IMG/VR virus record: IMGVR_UViG_3300046692_000091
Location: 248,001-312,000 of that record
DNA: 64,000 nucleotides
Strand: one strand, 5' to 3'
In this document: positions 56,000-64,000 of the stretch, in pieces
Numbering within the stretch: the stretch's first letter is position 1
Layout: the number at the start of each line of letters is the position of its first letter
Translations under genes and position numbers: made by a program
The notes under the pieces: generated by a model
The model's input: only the letters and a program-made list of their open reading frames with translations
Databases searched by the model: none
Told to the model about the DNA's origin: nothing

Positions 56000-57080
56000 A
56001 CGGATTCGACTGCAGCGTAAACTAAGCACGCTGGGCGAGATGTTGGTTTCCCTAGAATCCTATCAGACTCTTGCTAAAACAGGATTGTCTAAACAAACGG
56101 CAGCCGTAGTACAACACGACCTGTTATGTATCGCTCGACACATCGGTAGCATGATCGTTGTTTCTCAAGAAGATGCAACCCAGATGGAAGACATAGCTGT
56201 TCAGGCTTCCAAGGAAACCGATAGCAAGTCATTAGGCGATAAGGTATTGTCTGCCATTAAGACGTTTAAAGAATGGCTGGTAAAGGCTTACAAGATGGTT
56301 AAAGACCAAGTAGGTGCTTTGCTTACTTCCTTTACTGCTCTGCGGGCTAAAGTAGATGTGTTACGAGGTGCAGTTAAGGCAGTACCTGAGAACAAGACTG
56401 AAGTTCATATCCCAGCTAAGCTCGCTAACCAAGTGTCTATCTCCGGTGATATGGGCGATGGCCATTTCCAAGCTCTGCGTAGTATTGCTAACTTTGGTGC
56501 AGTCGCTTATCCAGAAGCGATCAGTGAGTTCTACCAAGAGATTGCTGCCGTAGTGAAGAACTTCGATCCAGCATATGAAGCTTCTGGTATGGTCTCTGCT
56601 ATCGAGCAGGCACTAACACCATTGAACTTCTCTAATGTCGATACTGAAACTTATCCTGGTAACGTAATGATCAGTCATGACGAAACTGGGTACAACTATA
56701 CCGTCGCTGAAGTTGAAGCACGTATTGTTGAAGAAGACGTAGTCCGCCAAGTTCGTAGTTCCGCTGAACTTACTGCTGCTCTTAATAACATCGTGCGAGT
56801 CATTGAACTAGCAGAGAAGATTGAAGGCACATCCGTACAGATTGAAACAGCTATTGATAAAGTAGTTGAATTTTCTGATGCTCTGGTCGCTAAAGTAAAA
56901 GACCGAGACGAAGATCATAAGAAGAATGCCAGTGCCATGGTAACGAGTGTATTGGCAACTACCTCAAAGGTATCCACTAACACAGCGGGTATCATCCGTT
57001 ATTTGGGTCGTGTATTGAGTGCACACTTGCAGATCATCGACCATGAAGTTAAAACCGCAACCAATTCACAGCGAGCTTAG
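55980..57080 (+). CDS. internal head protein paralog (phiKZ_IP family, gp93-97-like)
   Basis: VSLES...GLS...AA, IKTFKEW, PGNV; start set to ATG 55980. Confidence 0.8.
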   Translation: MHNLELERIRLQRKLSTLGEMLVSLESYQTLAKTGLSKQTAAVVQHDLLCIARHIGSMIVVSQEDATQMEDIAVQASKETDSKSLGDKVLSAIKTFKEWLVKAYKMVKDQVGALLTSFTALRAKVDVLRGAVKAVPENKTEVHIPAKLANQVSISGDMGDGHFQALRSIANFGAVAYPEAISEFYQEIAAVVKNFDPAYEASGMVSAIEQALTPLNFSNVDTETYPGNVMISHDETGYNYTVAEVEARIVEEDVVRQVRSSAELTAALNNIVRVIELAEKIEGTSVQIETAIDKVVEFSDALVAKVKDRDEDHKKNASAMVTSVLATTSKVSTNTAGIIRYLGRVLSAHLQIIDHEVKTATNSQRA

Positions 57081-57082
57081 AT

Positions 57083-58243
57083 ATGACATTCGAACAAGAT
57101 TTCCTCCAGGTTAAAGGTATCACTGGTACCGAAGAAGTTTTTGGTACTGTTGATCCAGTAACTGAAGAAAAGAAAGATATGGTGCCGATCGACATGCTCG
57201 GTGCTGAGATGGGTGAGATTCAACATGAACTCGAAAACGTAGAAGATGCACGTACCTCTTTGGAGGCTTACGACAAGTTCTTGACTCAGGCTGGTCCTGA
57301 TGGTATCTCTCGTCAAACTGCAGCCGCCATGTATATTGGTCTAGCTCGCATTGACCGTCAACTGAACCAGCGTTCTAATCTGGTCGCTTCCATGGAAGAT
57401 AATGATCTAGCTGAAGTAGACAACCGTAACAAGATGGCTGTCGCTAAAGGCGTCGATAACAAAGGTATTGCTGGCCGTGGTCGTCAACTCTTCGAGAAGC
57501 TGAAAGAGATTGTAGCCAAGTTGATGGAGAAACTTAAGAAGGCTTGGGCTTTCTTCACCAGCAAAGTTAAAGAAGCGAAAGACAAAGCCACAGAAGTTGG
57601 CCAAAGCCTGAAGACCTGGGCTGGTCCGAATGGTCCTAGTGGTGGTCGTAAGATCGACGTCTCCGGTGAAATTGCTACGTTCGTATTCAAGGACGGAAAG
57701 GTAATGTCTCCATCTGAACTGCAACCACTTCTGAAGTTTGCTTTCGAAGAATATCCAGGCTTCTTGATGAAGCAATTCGAACAAGTCAAAGCTGCTGTTG
57801 CTAAAGGTGGTGACTATCCTGAGGTCGAAACCTTCTTGGCGTATGAAGGTGCGCTCCCAGATGGCTGGTCCATTGAAGATGATGGTTCGAAACGTCCTAA
57901 TCCAAGATACGCTGGTGAATCCAATGCTATTGTGAAACATCAGGTTCGGGATAAGTCCACTATCGATAAAGCGATGCATGAAGTAATCGCTAACTGTGAG
58001 TACATTGGTTCCAAGATCAATGAGAATTCTGTTATCGGTAAACTCAGTAGCTCGATGCAACAGTTGTTTGATTCTACCCCTGATGATGACAGTGGTATGG
58101 AGGCATGGAACTATCTGTTGAAAGTTAACGGTAAGTTTGCTGCCGCTTCAGGTGCCGCTGCTGACCTGGAACGAGTTGGTACTTTGGCTAACCTGGCACA
58201 TACACGGCTTGCTGGTCTGGAAGTTGGACAGAAAGTAGAATAA
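57083..58243 (+). CDS. internal head protein paralog
   Basis: TSLEAY...AGPDGISRQTAA, ASMED, amphipathic LKK.W helix. Confidence 0.8.
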   Translation: MTFEQDFLQVKGITGTEEVFGTVDPVTEEKKDMVPIDMLGAEMGEIQHELENVEDARTSLEAYDKFLTQAGPDGISRQTAAAMYIGLARIDRQLNQRSNLVASMEDNDLAEVDNRNKMAVAKGVDNKGIAGRGRQLFEKLKEIVAKLMEKLKKAWAFFTSKVKEAKDKATEVGQSLKTWAGPNGPSGGRKIDVSGEIATFVFKDGKVMSPSELQPLLKFAFEEYPGFLMKQFEQVKAAVAKGGDYPEVETFLAYEGALPDGWSIEDDGSKRPNPRYAGESNAIVKHQVRDKSTIDKAMHEVIANCEYIGSKINENSVIGKLSSSMQQLFDSTPDDDSGMEAWNYLLKVNGKFAAASGAAADLERVGTLANLAHTRLAGLEVGQKVE

Positions 58244-58300
58244 TACTTGATCGGGGCTTGTCCCCGATCTTATGTATCTTTTAACCTGAGGAAACCTGCC

Positions 58301-58978
58301 ATGTTGAATGTCAGAAAATATCTCCCTTCTATGGAAGACTTCGATAGTCTCCCAGATACCCTAGCAAACGACATCTCCACCGATGGTGAGAACACATACG
58401 TCGCAGGTATCCCAGAAGATCTAATTAAACCTGCTGAGAAAACTGAGCAGGATGAAGAACAAGAAGCATCTGTCTCCGGTATGGTCCATGCCCAGAAGGT
58501 TGCCCAAGACACTCGTGAGAAATTCGAGGAGTCAGATGAAAAGAAATTTGAGGAAGAGCATCCAGACGAAGAATCTACCGAAGCTGATGTAGGTGGTGAT
58601 GCTAATACAGATGACGAGTCTCAAGGTGCGGAAGATGAATCTACTGATTCAACGCAAGTTGAAGAAGAGACACCGAAGTCCACCGATGAAGAATCAACTG
58701 ATGACGATGAGGATGATAAAGAAGCCACTGAAATTAATTATGCCATCGAATCGTATTCGAAACTATTGATTAATGCTGGTAACAATCTTTCCCATCAATC
58801 AGTAGAAATGTTGACCGTAGGTTTGGTGCGTCTCCATAAACAAGTAGCTGTTCCAATGGTATCGAATGAGTCATTTGAATCTGGTCCTGTTGCTGCTCGA
58901 ACGATGACCTCTGCTGAATCATTTCTTAAGCAACTACAGCTATTGAAAGAATCCCTTGGATCGACTACAAATCTATGA
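58301..58978 (+). CDS. short, very acidic internal head protein paralog
   Basis: MLNVRKYLPSMED; D/E-rich; YAIESYSKLL; start at ATG 58301 with GAGGA. Confidence 0.75.
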   Translation: MLNVRKYLPSMEDFDSLPDTLANDISTDGENTYVAGIPEDLIKPAEKTEQDEEQEASVSGMVHAQKVAQDTREKFEESDEKKFEEEHPDEESTEADVGGDANTDDESQGAEDESTDSTQVEEETPKSTDEESTDDDEDDKEATEINYAIESYSKLLINAGNNLSHQSVEMLTVGLVRLHKQVAVPMVSNESFESGPVAARTMTSAESFLKQLQLLKESLGSTTNL

Positions 58979-59017
58979 TCCATTTAGCTCTACCCATTTC
59001 ATTTAAAGGAACACAAC

Positions 59018-61432
59018 ATGCTTAACCTCTCGACTTACATCCCTTCCCTGGAAGAATTTGAAGAAGTTCCTTCTCCGTTGATGGATGGTGACGTTGCTCC
59101 TGTAGTAGAGGGTGGAATCGTTGGTCAATTGCCAACTGAAGGTTTCCCCGTAGAACAATCCGTAGTAGAGCTGCCACCTGCACTCGACCCAACACCACTG
59201 CAACCTTTGGAAGCAGGTATTATCCAGGAAGAAGTAATCGCCGAGAACCTGGACGCTGAAGCTGGTCAACTGATGGGGGCACAAATTGCCCTGGAAGGTT
59301 ACAGCAAACTGCTGCGTAGTGCCGGCAAGAACATGACTCGACAATCTGCAGCTTTCATGGCTGTTGGTATGCAACGTGCAAACCGTATCCTCGGTGTAAC
59401 TGCTCTTGGCCTGGAAAGCGATGACTCCGGTACACAGGTCATGGCTATGCAAACATCTAAAGTAGATGAGAAAGGCCTGGGTAGCAAGCTTAAAGAAGTG
59501 GCCGGTAAGATCTGGGAATGGCTGAAGCAGAAGTGGTCTCAGTTGGTTGCATTCGCTCGTAAGCTGTCCGGTAATAAGGAAGCTGAGAAACAGAAAGTAA
59601 CTTTCCTGATTGCCGCTACTAAGCCTGGTAAGACTGCTCAACTGGAAGCACCTAAAGGTCTGAAAACTGCCCAAGTACTCGACGCGATTCATGGTGAAGA
59701 GAAACGTGGCAAACCAGTAGCCAAGACGATTATGCTTCCAGCTGCTTTAGCTGAAGGTATGGTATCTAACGGTAAGCTCGATCTCAATCTGGCCACCATT
59801 AGTCAACTGCGTTCGAAAGATGGCTTGGACTACGTTAAAGATTCCGTCGCTATGATGAAGGATCTTAAAGAGTTCATGTTGAAGATGACCAAGGACACCA
59901 CTCCAGAAGAAGCTGCCGATACCGTTAACGACTTAGCTAAGAAGCACATGAGTGGTAAGAGTGCTAAACTCGTATTGCCTGGTGGCGTTGGTTTCGAACG
60001 CAGCGAAGGTAAAATTACTTTCACTCGCTCTGAACCAGGTGAGTCCGAAGTTACTCTGCCAAGTCTGCCTGAAATTGCACAGTACTTGGAAGGTCTCAAC
60101 AAGATTCTGAATGAAAATGATCTTCAAGAAGAACCAGCATTTGATGACCTAGAAAAAATGATGCAGTTCTTTACCGGTGACGAAGCGGAAAAAGCTGACC
60201 AACGTCTTCGTGCTTCTGGTAAGTCTGATGAAGACATGGATGCCATCAACCGCGAAATCGGCAAAGTACTTAGTGCTTTACCATTGGCGGATAACATCAA
60301 AGCTATCGTAACGTTCATGATGGCCTGGCGCCGTGCAGCTGTCGCTACAATGGACCACCTGATTGCAGCTCATGGCGGTATGGATGGTACCATCTCGCAA
60401 GAAGACTATGAAGCTCTTCCTTCCCGTGGTCTGTCTGTGATCCCTGGTCAAGCAGGTGGTAAGCAAGGCATTGGTGCCGCTGTTAAAGCAGCATGGGCTA
60501 AGACAAAAGAATTCTTTGCACGTCTGTGGGCACAGTTCTCGGAATGGGTAGCTAAGATCTGGGCACGTATCTTCGGAGAAGAGAAGAAAGTTGATATGCT
60601 GTTGCTGACTAACGAAGCCATCCCGGAAGAAGATGGTGCACCAAGTGGTCAACCTTTGGCTCTGCCACCGGGTACTGGTTTGAAATCTGTTGCTGCTGCC
60701 AAATCCTTGTCTGGCCCTAGTGCTCCAGGTGAAGCACCAGTCGATGTTACACCGGAACCAGTTGTCGAGACTAGTGCTTCATTACCTGCCGGTTTCATTT
60801 ATACTGATGCCCTGAAGAAACTGAAACTCAGTTCAGGTTACGCTTTTGAACCGACCATTGAGGAATCCCTCATTACTTGGTTTACCGGCACCTATAACCC
60901 AGCTGTGATCAAAATGTGGCGTGACGTTACTAGCATGACTAATAGTAACTTTGACGTTGGTGCTTTTGATGCCTGGGGTAAGGTATTGACTGACATGGCC
61001 GCTAAGGTAATGGCTGGCGCTCCGGTTGGAGAAATTCCAGGTGGTCAATCATTAGTACTCAATGAAGGGACAATTGCTTTCTCCTTCGGTGGTGGTAGTG
61101 GCACTGATTCTGAACCAGTTAAAGCGTTGAACAAGCGTCAGATTGCACAGATCTTGGCCCGCCAGAAACGTGCTTTCCGAGGTCTGGAACTTGCACAGAA
61201 ATCTACCGATGAACAAAACCGACTACATGAGCAATTCTCTCAGGTAATCGAACGTCTGATCGATAGTGCTGATGAAGCGAAAGGTCAAGAGTATTCCGCA
61301 TTCTACACCGCCGTTAATCGACTGATGTGTAATACAGCGGTGCGTCAACTGGCCACTACAATCGGTTCCCGTTTTACTGCGCGTACCGACGTTATGGATG
61401 AGATGATCGCAGCTCGTGCTAAACGTGGCTAA
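59018..61432 (+). CDS. double-length internal head protein (two paralog units)
   Basis: 804 aa; ALEGY...GLES...KIWEWLK unit, then a second ISQED...KAAWAKTKEFF unit. Confidence 0.8.
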   Translation: MLNLSTYIPSLEEFEEVPSPLMDGDVAPVVEGGIVGQLPTEGFPVEQSVVELPPALDPTPLQPLEAGIIQEEVIAENLDAEAGQLMGAQIALEGYSKLLRSAGKNMTRQSAAFMAVGMQRANRILGVTALGLESDDSGTQVMAMQTSKVDEKGLGSKLKEVAGKIWEWLKQKWSQLVAFARKLSGNKEAEKQKVTFLIAATKPGKTAQLEAPKGLKTAQVLDAIHGEEKRGKPVAKTIMLPAALAEGMVSNGKLDLNLATISQLRSKDGLDYVKDSVAMMKDLKEFMLKMTKDTTPEEAADTVNDLAKKHMSGKSAKLVLPGGVGFERSEGKITFTRSEPGESEVTLPSLPEIAQYLEGLNKILNENDLQEEPAFDDLEKMMQFFTGDEAEKADQRLRASGKSDEDMDAINREIGKVLSALPLADNIKAIVTFMMAWRRAAVATMDHLIAAHGGMDGTISQEDYEALPSRGLSVIPGQAGGKQGIGAAVKAAWAKTKEFFARLWAQFSEWVAKIWARIFGEEKKVDMLLLTNEAIPEEDGAPSGQPLALPPGTGLKSVAAAKSLSGPSAPGEAPVDVTPEPVVETSASLPAGFIYTDALKKLKLSSGYAFEPTIEESLITWFTGTYNPAVIKMWRDVTSMTNSNFDVGAFDAWGKVLTDMAAKVMAGAPVGEIPGGQSLVLNEGTIAFSFGGGSGTDSEPVKALNKRQIAQILARQKRAFRGLELAQKSTDEQNRLHEQFSQVIERLIDSADEAKGQEYSAFYTAVNRLMCNTAVRQLATTIGSRFTARTDVMDEMIAARAKRG

Positions 61433-61438
61433 ATAGAT

Positions 61439-61463
61439 GGGAGCCTTCGGGCTCCCTTTATTT
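61439..61463 (+). terminator. intrinsic terminator
   Basis: gggagcc-TTCG-ggctccc-TTTATTT. Confidence 0.75.
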
Positions 61464-61525
61464 CGATCTGTCCAATGCTATGTTAATTGCAATTAGCACA
61501 GAATAAATTCCTTGAGGAACAAAAC

Positions 61526-63043
61526 ATGAAATTGTCGAAACTGCTTAAGGCCATGGAAAACTATGAGGAAGCTCCGATTTCGGAGTCCGTAGTTGCTATC
61601 GCTGAAGGTAACACCGTTGATCCACAAATCGTAGATATCCAAGCGCCTGTCAATGAGCCTTCCACCATCCCTGATGCTGGCGAGATGCCTGCAGGCGTAC
61701 CAGAAGTATCGCCGCTACCAATTATCGAAGAAGCGCCAATCGTCGCTGCGCCGATCCCTGCACCAGCTGCAATCGAAGGCGAAGGCCCTGTAATTGCAGA
61801 GATGCCGCTGGAAGCTAGTGGTCAACTGATTATCGAATCCCCTATGGATCACGATAACACCATGGACATGATGGATCAGACTATCGTTGAATCCACGGCG
61901 ATGGGTAATGACCTTACTGAAATCGTTGAAGTACAAACTGCTTTGGAATGCTACGCTAAGCTCCTGCGTCAAGCTGGACCAGATGGTATTACCCGTCAAG
62001 CTGCTGGCTTCATGCGTGTAGGCTTGGAACAATTCCAACATGACGGTCACGTCGATCTTTCTGGTCTGATCGGTTCCATGGAAGAAATGGGCGATGGCGA
62101 GAAACAACACCTATTGCCATCCAAAGTTAAATCCGGTGGCATCGGTGATAAGATCAAAGAAGTAGCTGGGAAGATCTGGGAATGGCTGAAAGGTCTGTGG
62201 GAGAAATCCAAGACGTTCGTACAACAGCTACTGCAAGGTGTTGTTGGCCTGGAACGTAAGCTGAACAAAGCCAAAGAAGCTGCTGCGAAAGCCGGTTCTA
62301 CTGCCGGGGGCGAATTCCAGGTACCTAACCCAGAACGCATCATGATTGGTTCGAAGATCTCGATCAATTATCCAGGTGAACTGAAAGCTGTTACCATGCT
62401 GGCTTGCAATGTTTATCCTGAGCGCATGACCCAGTTCTACAACGCTATTGCTTCCGCCATCGGTAACTTTGATCCAGCTCATGGTGATTCCCAAGAAGTA
62501 ATGGGTTTGCTAGAGAAAGCGAAAGAAGTTCTGAATGATGTTAAAACATCTGACCAAGTTCTTCCGGGTAACGTTAAGATCGATGTTGGCGATGACGGTA
62601 TCTCTTATGGTATCACTGAAGCTGGCGATTCAGAGAAACCTGAATCAGTAACTTCGAAGGCTCGTTCTGGTTCGACTATCCAATCTGATCTGACTACCAT
62701 GTTCGCGGTGCTGGAAGGTCTGAAGGGTTATGGCAAGCATCACGAAAGCATGGCACAAGCTGCTGGCAAAGTTGGTCAAGCTCTGGAACACCTGAAGAAA
62801 GCTTCCGCTGGTGAAGGTATGGAAGACGGCGCTGCTCAGACTGCATCTGATCTGGAATCAGCAGTAGGTAAGCTGTTGCACTCGGCTAACCCACGTGGTA
62901 ATGAGATCGTTCGTTATCTGGCACGCACCACTTCGGCTTACGCAGATGTGATCCTGGCCGAATTGAATGTAGAAGGTACCGGTTCGGATGGCGGTAAGCC
63001 TAAACAACTCGGTAACGATTCGAAAGAAGTAGCTACCCAATAA
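61526..63043 (+). CDS. internal head protein paralog
   Basis: GAGGA RBS; ALECY...AGPDGITRQAA, GSMEE, KIWEWLK, PGNV. Confidence 0.82.
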   Translation: MKLSKLLKAMENYEEAPISESVVAIAEGNTVDPQIVDIQAPVNEPSTIPDAGEMPAGVPEVSPLPIIEEAPIVAAPIPAPAAIEGEGPVIAEMPLEASGQLIIESPMDHDNTMDMMDQTIVESTAMGNDLTEIVEVQTALECYAKLLRQAGPDGITRQAAGFMRVGLEQFQHDGHVDLSGLIGSMEEMGDGEKQHLLPSKVKSGGIGDKIKEVAGKIWEWLKGLWEKSKTFVQQLLQGVVGLERKLNKAKEAAAKAGSTAGGEFQVPNPERIMIGSKISINYPGELKAVTMLACNVYPERMTQFYNAIASAIGNFDPAHGDSQEVMGLLEKAKEVLNDVKTSDQVLPGNVKIDVGDDGISYGITEAGDSEKPESVTSKARSGSTIQSDLTTMFAVLEGLKGYGKHHESMAQAAGKVGQALEHLKKASAGEGMEDGAAQTASDLESAVGKLLHSANPRGNEIVRYLARTTSAYADVILAELNVEGTGSDGGKPKQLGNDSKEVATQ

Positions 63044-63088
63044 AACAATGGACGGGGCCTAGTGCCTCGTCTTATGTTAGGAGGTCCT

Positions 63089-64000
63089 ATGGACTTTAAA
63101 GAAAAGCTCCAGCGATTGGAAGAACGTCGGGGTGAATCAAGTGCAGAGTGGATGGCCAAATTACAGAACACCACACAAGCCGATGGCAATGAAGAGATCC
63201 TGCGTTTAGCTGAAGCTCTCGCTAATGCAGATGAGACAATGTCTGAAGAGATCGTTGACTTAGTGGGTGGCTTAGAAACTTATCGACCTTATGAATCAAT
63301 TGGTGACATTCCATTCTTTACAACTGGGCTGGAAAATGTCAGTGATACCATCGTAAGGATCTTTGACCGAATCATTGCTTTTATTAAGCGATGGATTAAA
63401 GTGTTAGCCGATGCTGACTTTAAATTATCTTTGCATACGGCTTTGCACAGTCACTCGTTAGAGAACATCCGTACAGCCATGCGTGCAACCAGTCGCCCAC
63501 CTAGGCAGAATCCACGATTCCAAGTTTCCACCCGTATTCAGAATCTGTCTGTTAACTTTCGTCCGGTATCAACTGCCGTGGCATTGATTAATGCATTGAC
63601 TGTTCTGCGCACTGTGGCAACTGCTTACTTTGATGTCCATTCGGATAAAGTGTTATCTCAAGTTCGTCGGGTAATGGAAGGTGTTTCAGAACAACGCAGC
63701 TCGGATTACTTGGCTGACTTAATGTCAGTATCTAGTCCATTAAACATCACGCAACAAGCTATCTTCCGGCCGCAAGACTTACATGTTGAATCCCCACACT
63801 TGTTGGGTAACCATCGATTCGTTATCACCAACAACAATGCTGCATCGAATAGCCCAACTGATCGTGTACAGGGCGTTCGTGTTAAACTGGAACCTTCTCA
63901 AATTACTCCAGCGGAAGCTCCTACTTATGTAAACTTCGAATACTTCGATACTAACATGATGGAAGCAGTTCTAGTTAAATGTGATGATGTCTTGCGTGTA
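63089..64000 (+). CDS. virion protein, 3'-truncated by the window end (not in ORF track)
   Basis: AGGAGG RBS, ATG 63089, open to the end; GGLET/TGLEN motifs and IIAFIKRWIK helix. Confidence 0.75.
   Translation, partial: MDFKEKLQRLEERRGESSAEWMAKLQNTTQADGNEEILRLAEALANADETMSEEIVDLVGGLETYRPYESIGDIPFFTTGLENVSDTIVRIFDRIIAFIKRWIKVLADADFKLSLHTALHSHSLENIRTAMRATSRPPRQNPRFQVSTRIQNLSVNFRPVSTAVALINALTVLRTVATAYFDVHSDKVLSQVRRVMEGVSEQRSSDYLADLMSVSSPLNITQQAIFRPQDLHVESPHLLGNHRFVITNNNAASNSPTDRVQGVRVKLEPSQITPAEAPTYVNFEYFDTNMMEAVLVKCDDVLRV

Noticed and set aside
24-63076. Recurrent hairpin elements read as a CRISPR array or REP/mobile repeats
   Set aside because: They are single copies at gene boundaries with variable stems, no regular spacers and no cas or transposase gene
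1-64000. tRNA, rRNA, integrase, reverse transcriptase, PhuZ tubulin, homing endonuclease
   Set aside because: No cloverleaf or diagnostic motifs found by eye; a tRNAscan/HMM run would be needed to exclude them fully

Overview
This 64-kb window comes from a nucleus-forming jumbo phage genome (phiKZ/201phi2-1/PhiPA3-like, Chimalliviridae; host probably Pseudomonas, inferred from protein similarity). It covers the family's conserved core block in the expected order: DNA polymerase B catalytic part (gp50-like), chimallin, non-virion RNAP beta' N-part (gp55-like, NADFDGD motif), SbcD nuclease, ChmC, the gp68-like nvRNAP subunit, PicA, Nlp2, nvRNAP beta and beta' C-parts (gp71-73 and gp74-like), SF2 helicase, virion RNAP subunit (gp80-like), the exonuclease/motif-A half of the polymerase (gp82-like), baseplate-like genes and an expanded inner-head protein family. 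phiKZ gp numbers come from recalled sequences and synteny, not from a search. No tRNA, rRNA, CRISPR array, integrase, intron or intein was seen. The most interesting unexplained items are: (1) a ~110-nt pseudoknot-capable structured RNA in the chimallin 3' UTR; (2) an array of six two-TM microproteins, five of them behind a probable early promoter; (3) a divergent gp49/66-family (Acb4-like) protein in a virion operon; (4) a NADAR-like ORF overlapping the polymerase exonuclease gene; (5) a HEXXH protein with a TM segment; (6) two microproteins absent from the ORF track; and (7) a dispersed CATA-hairpin-TATG element family.
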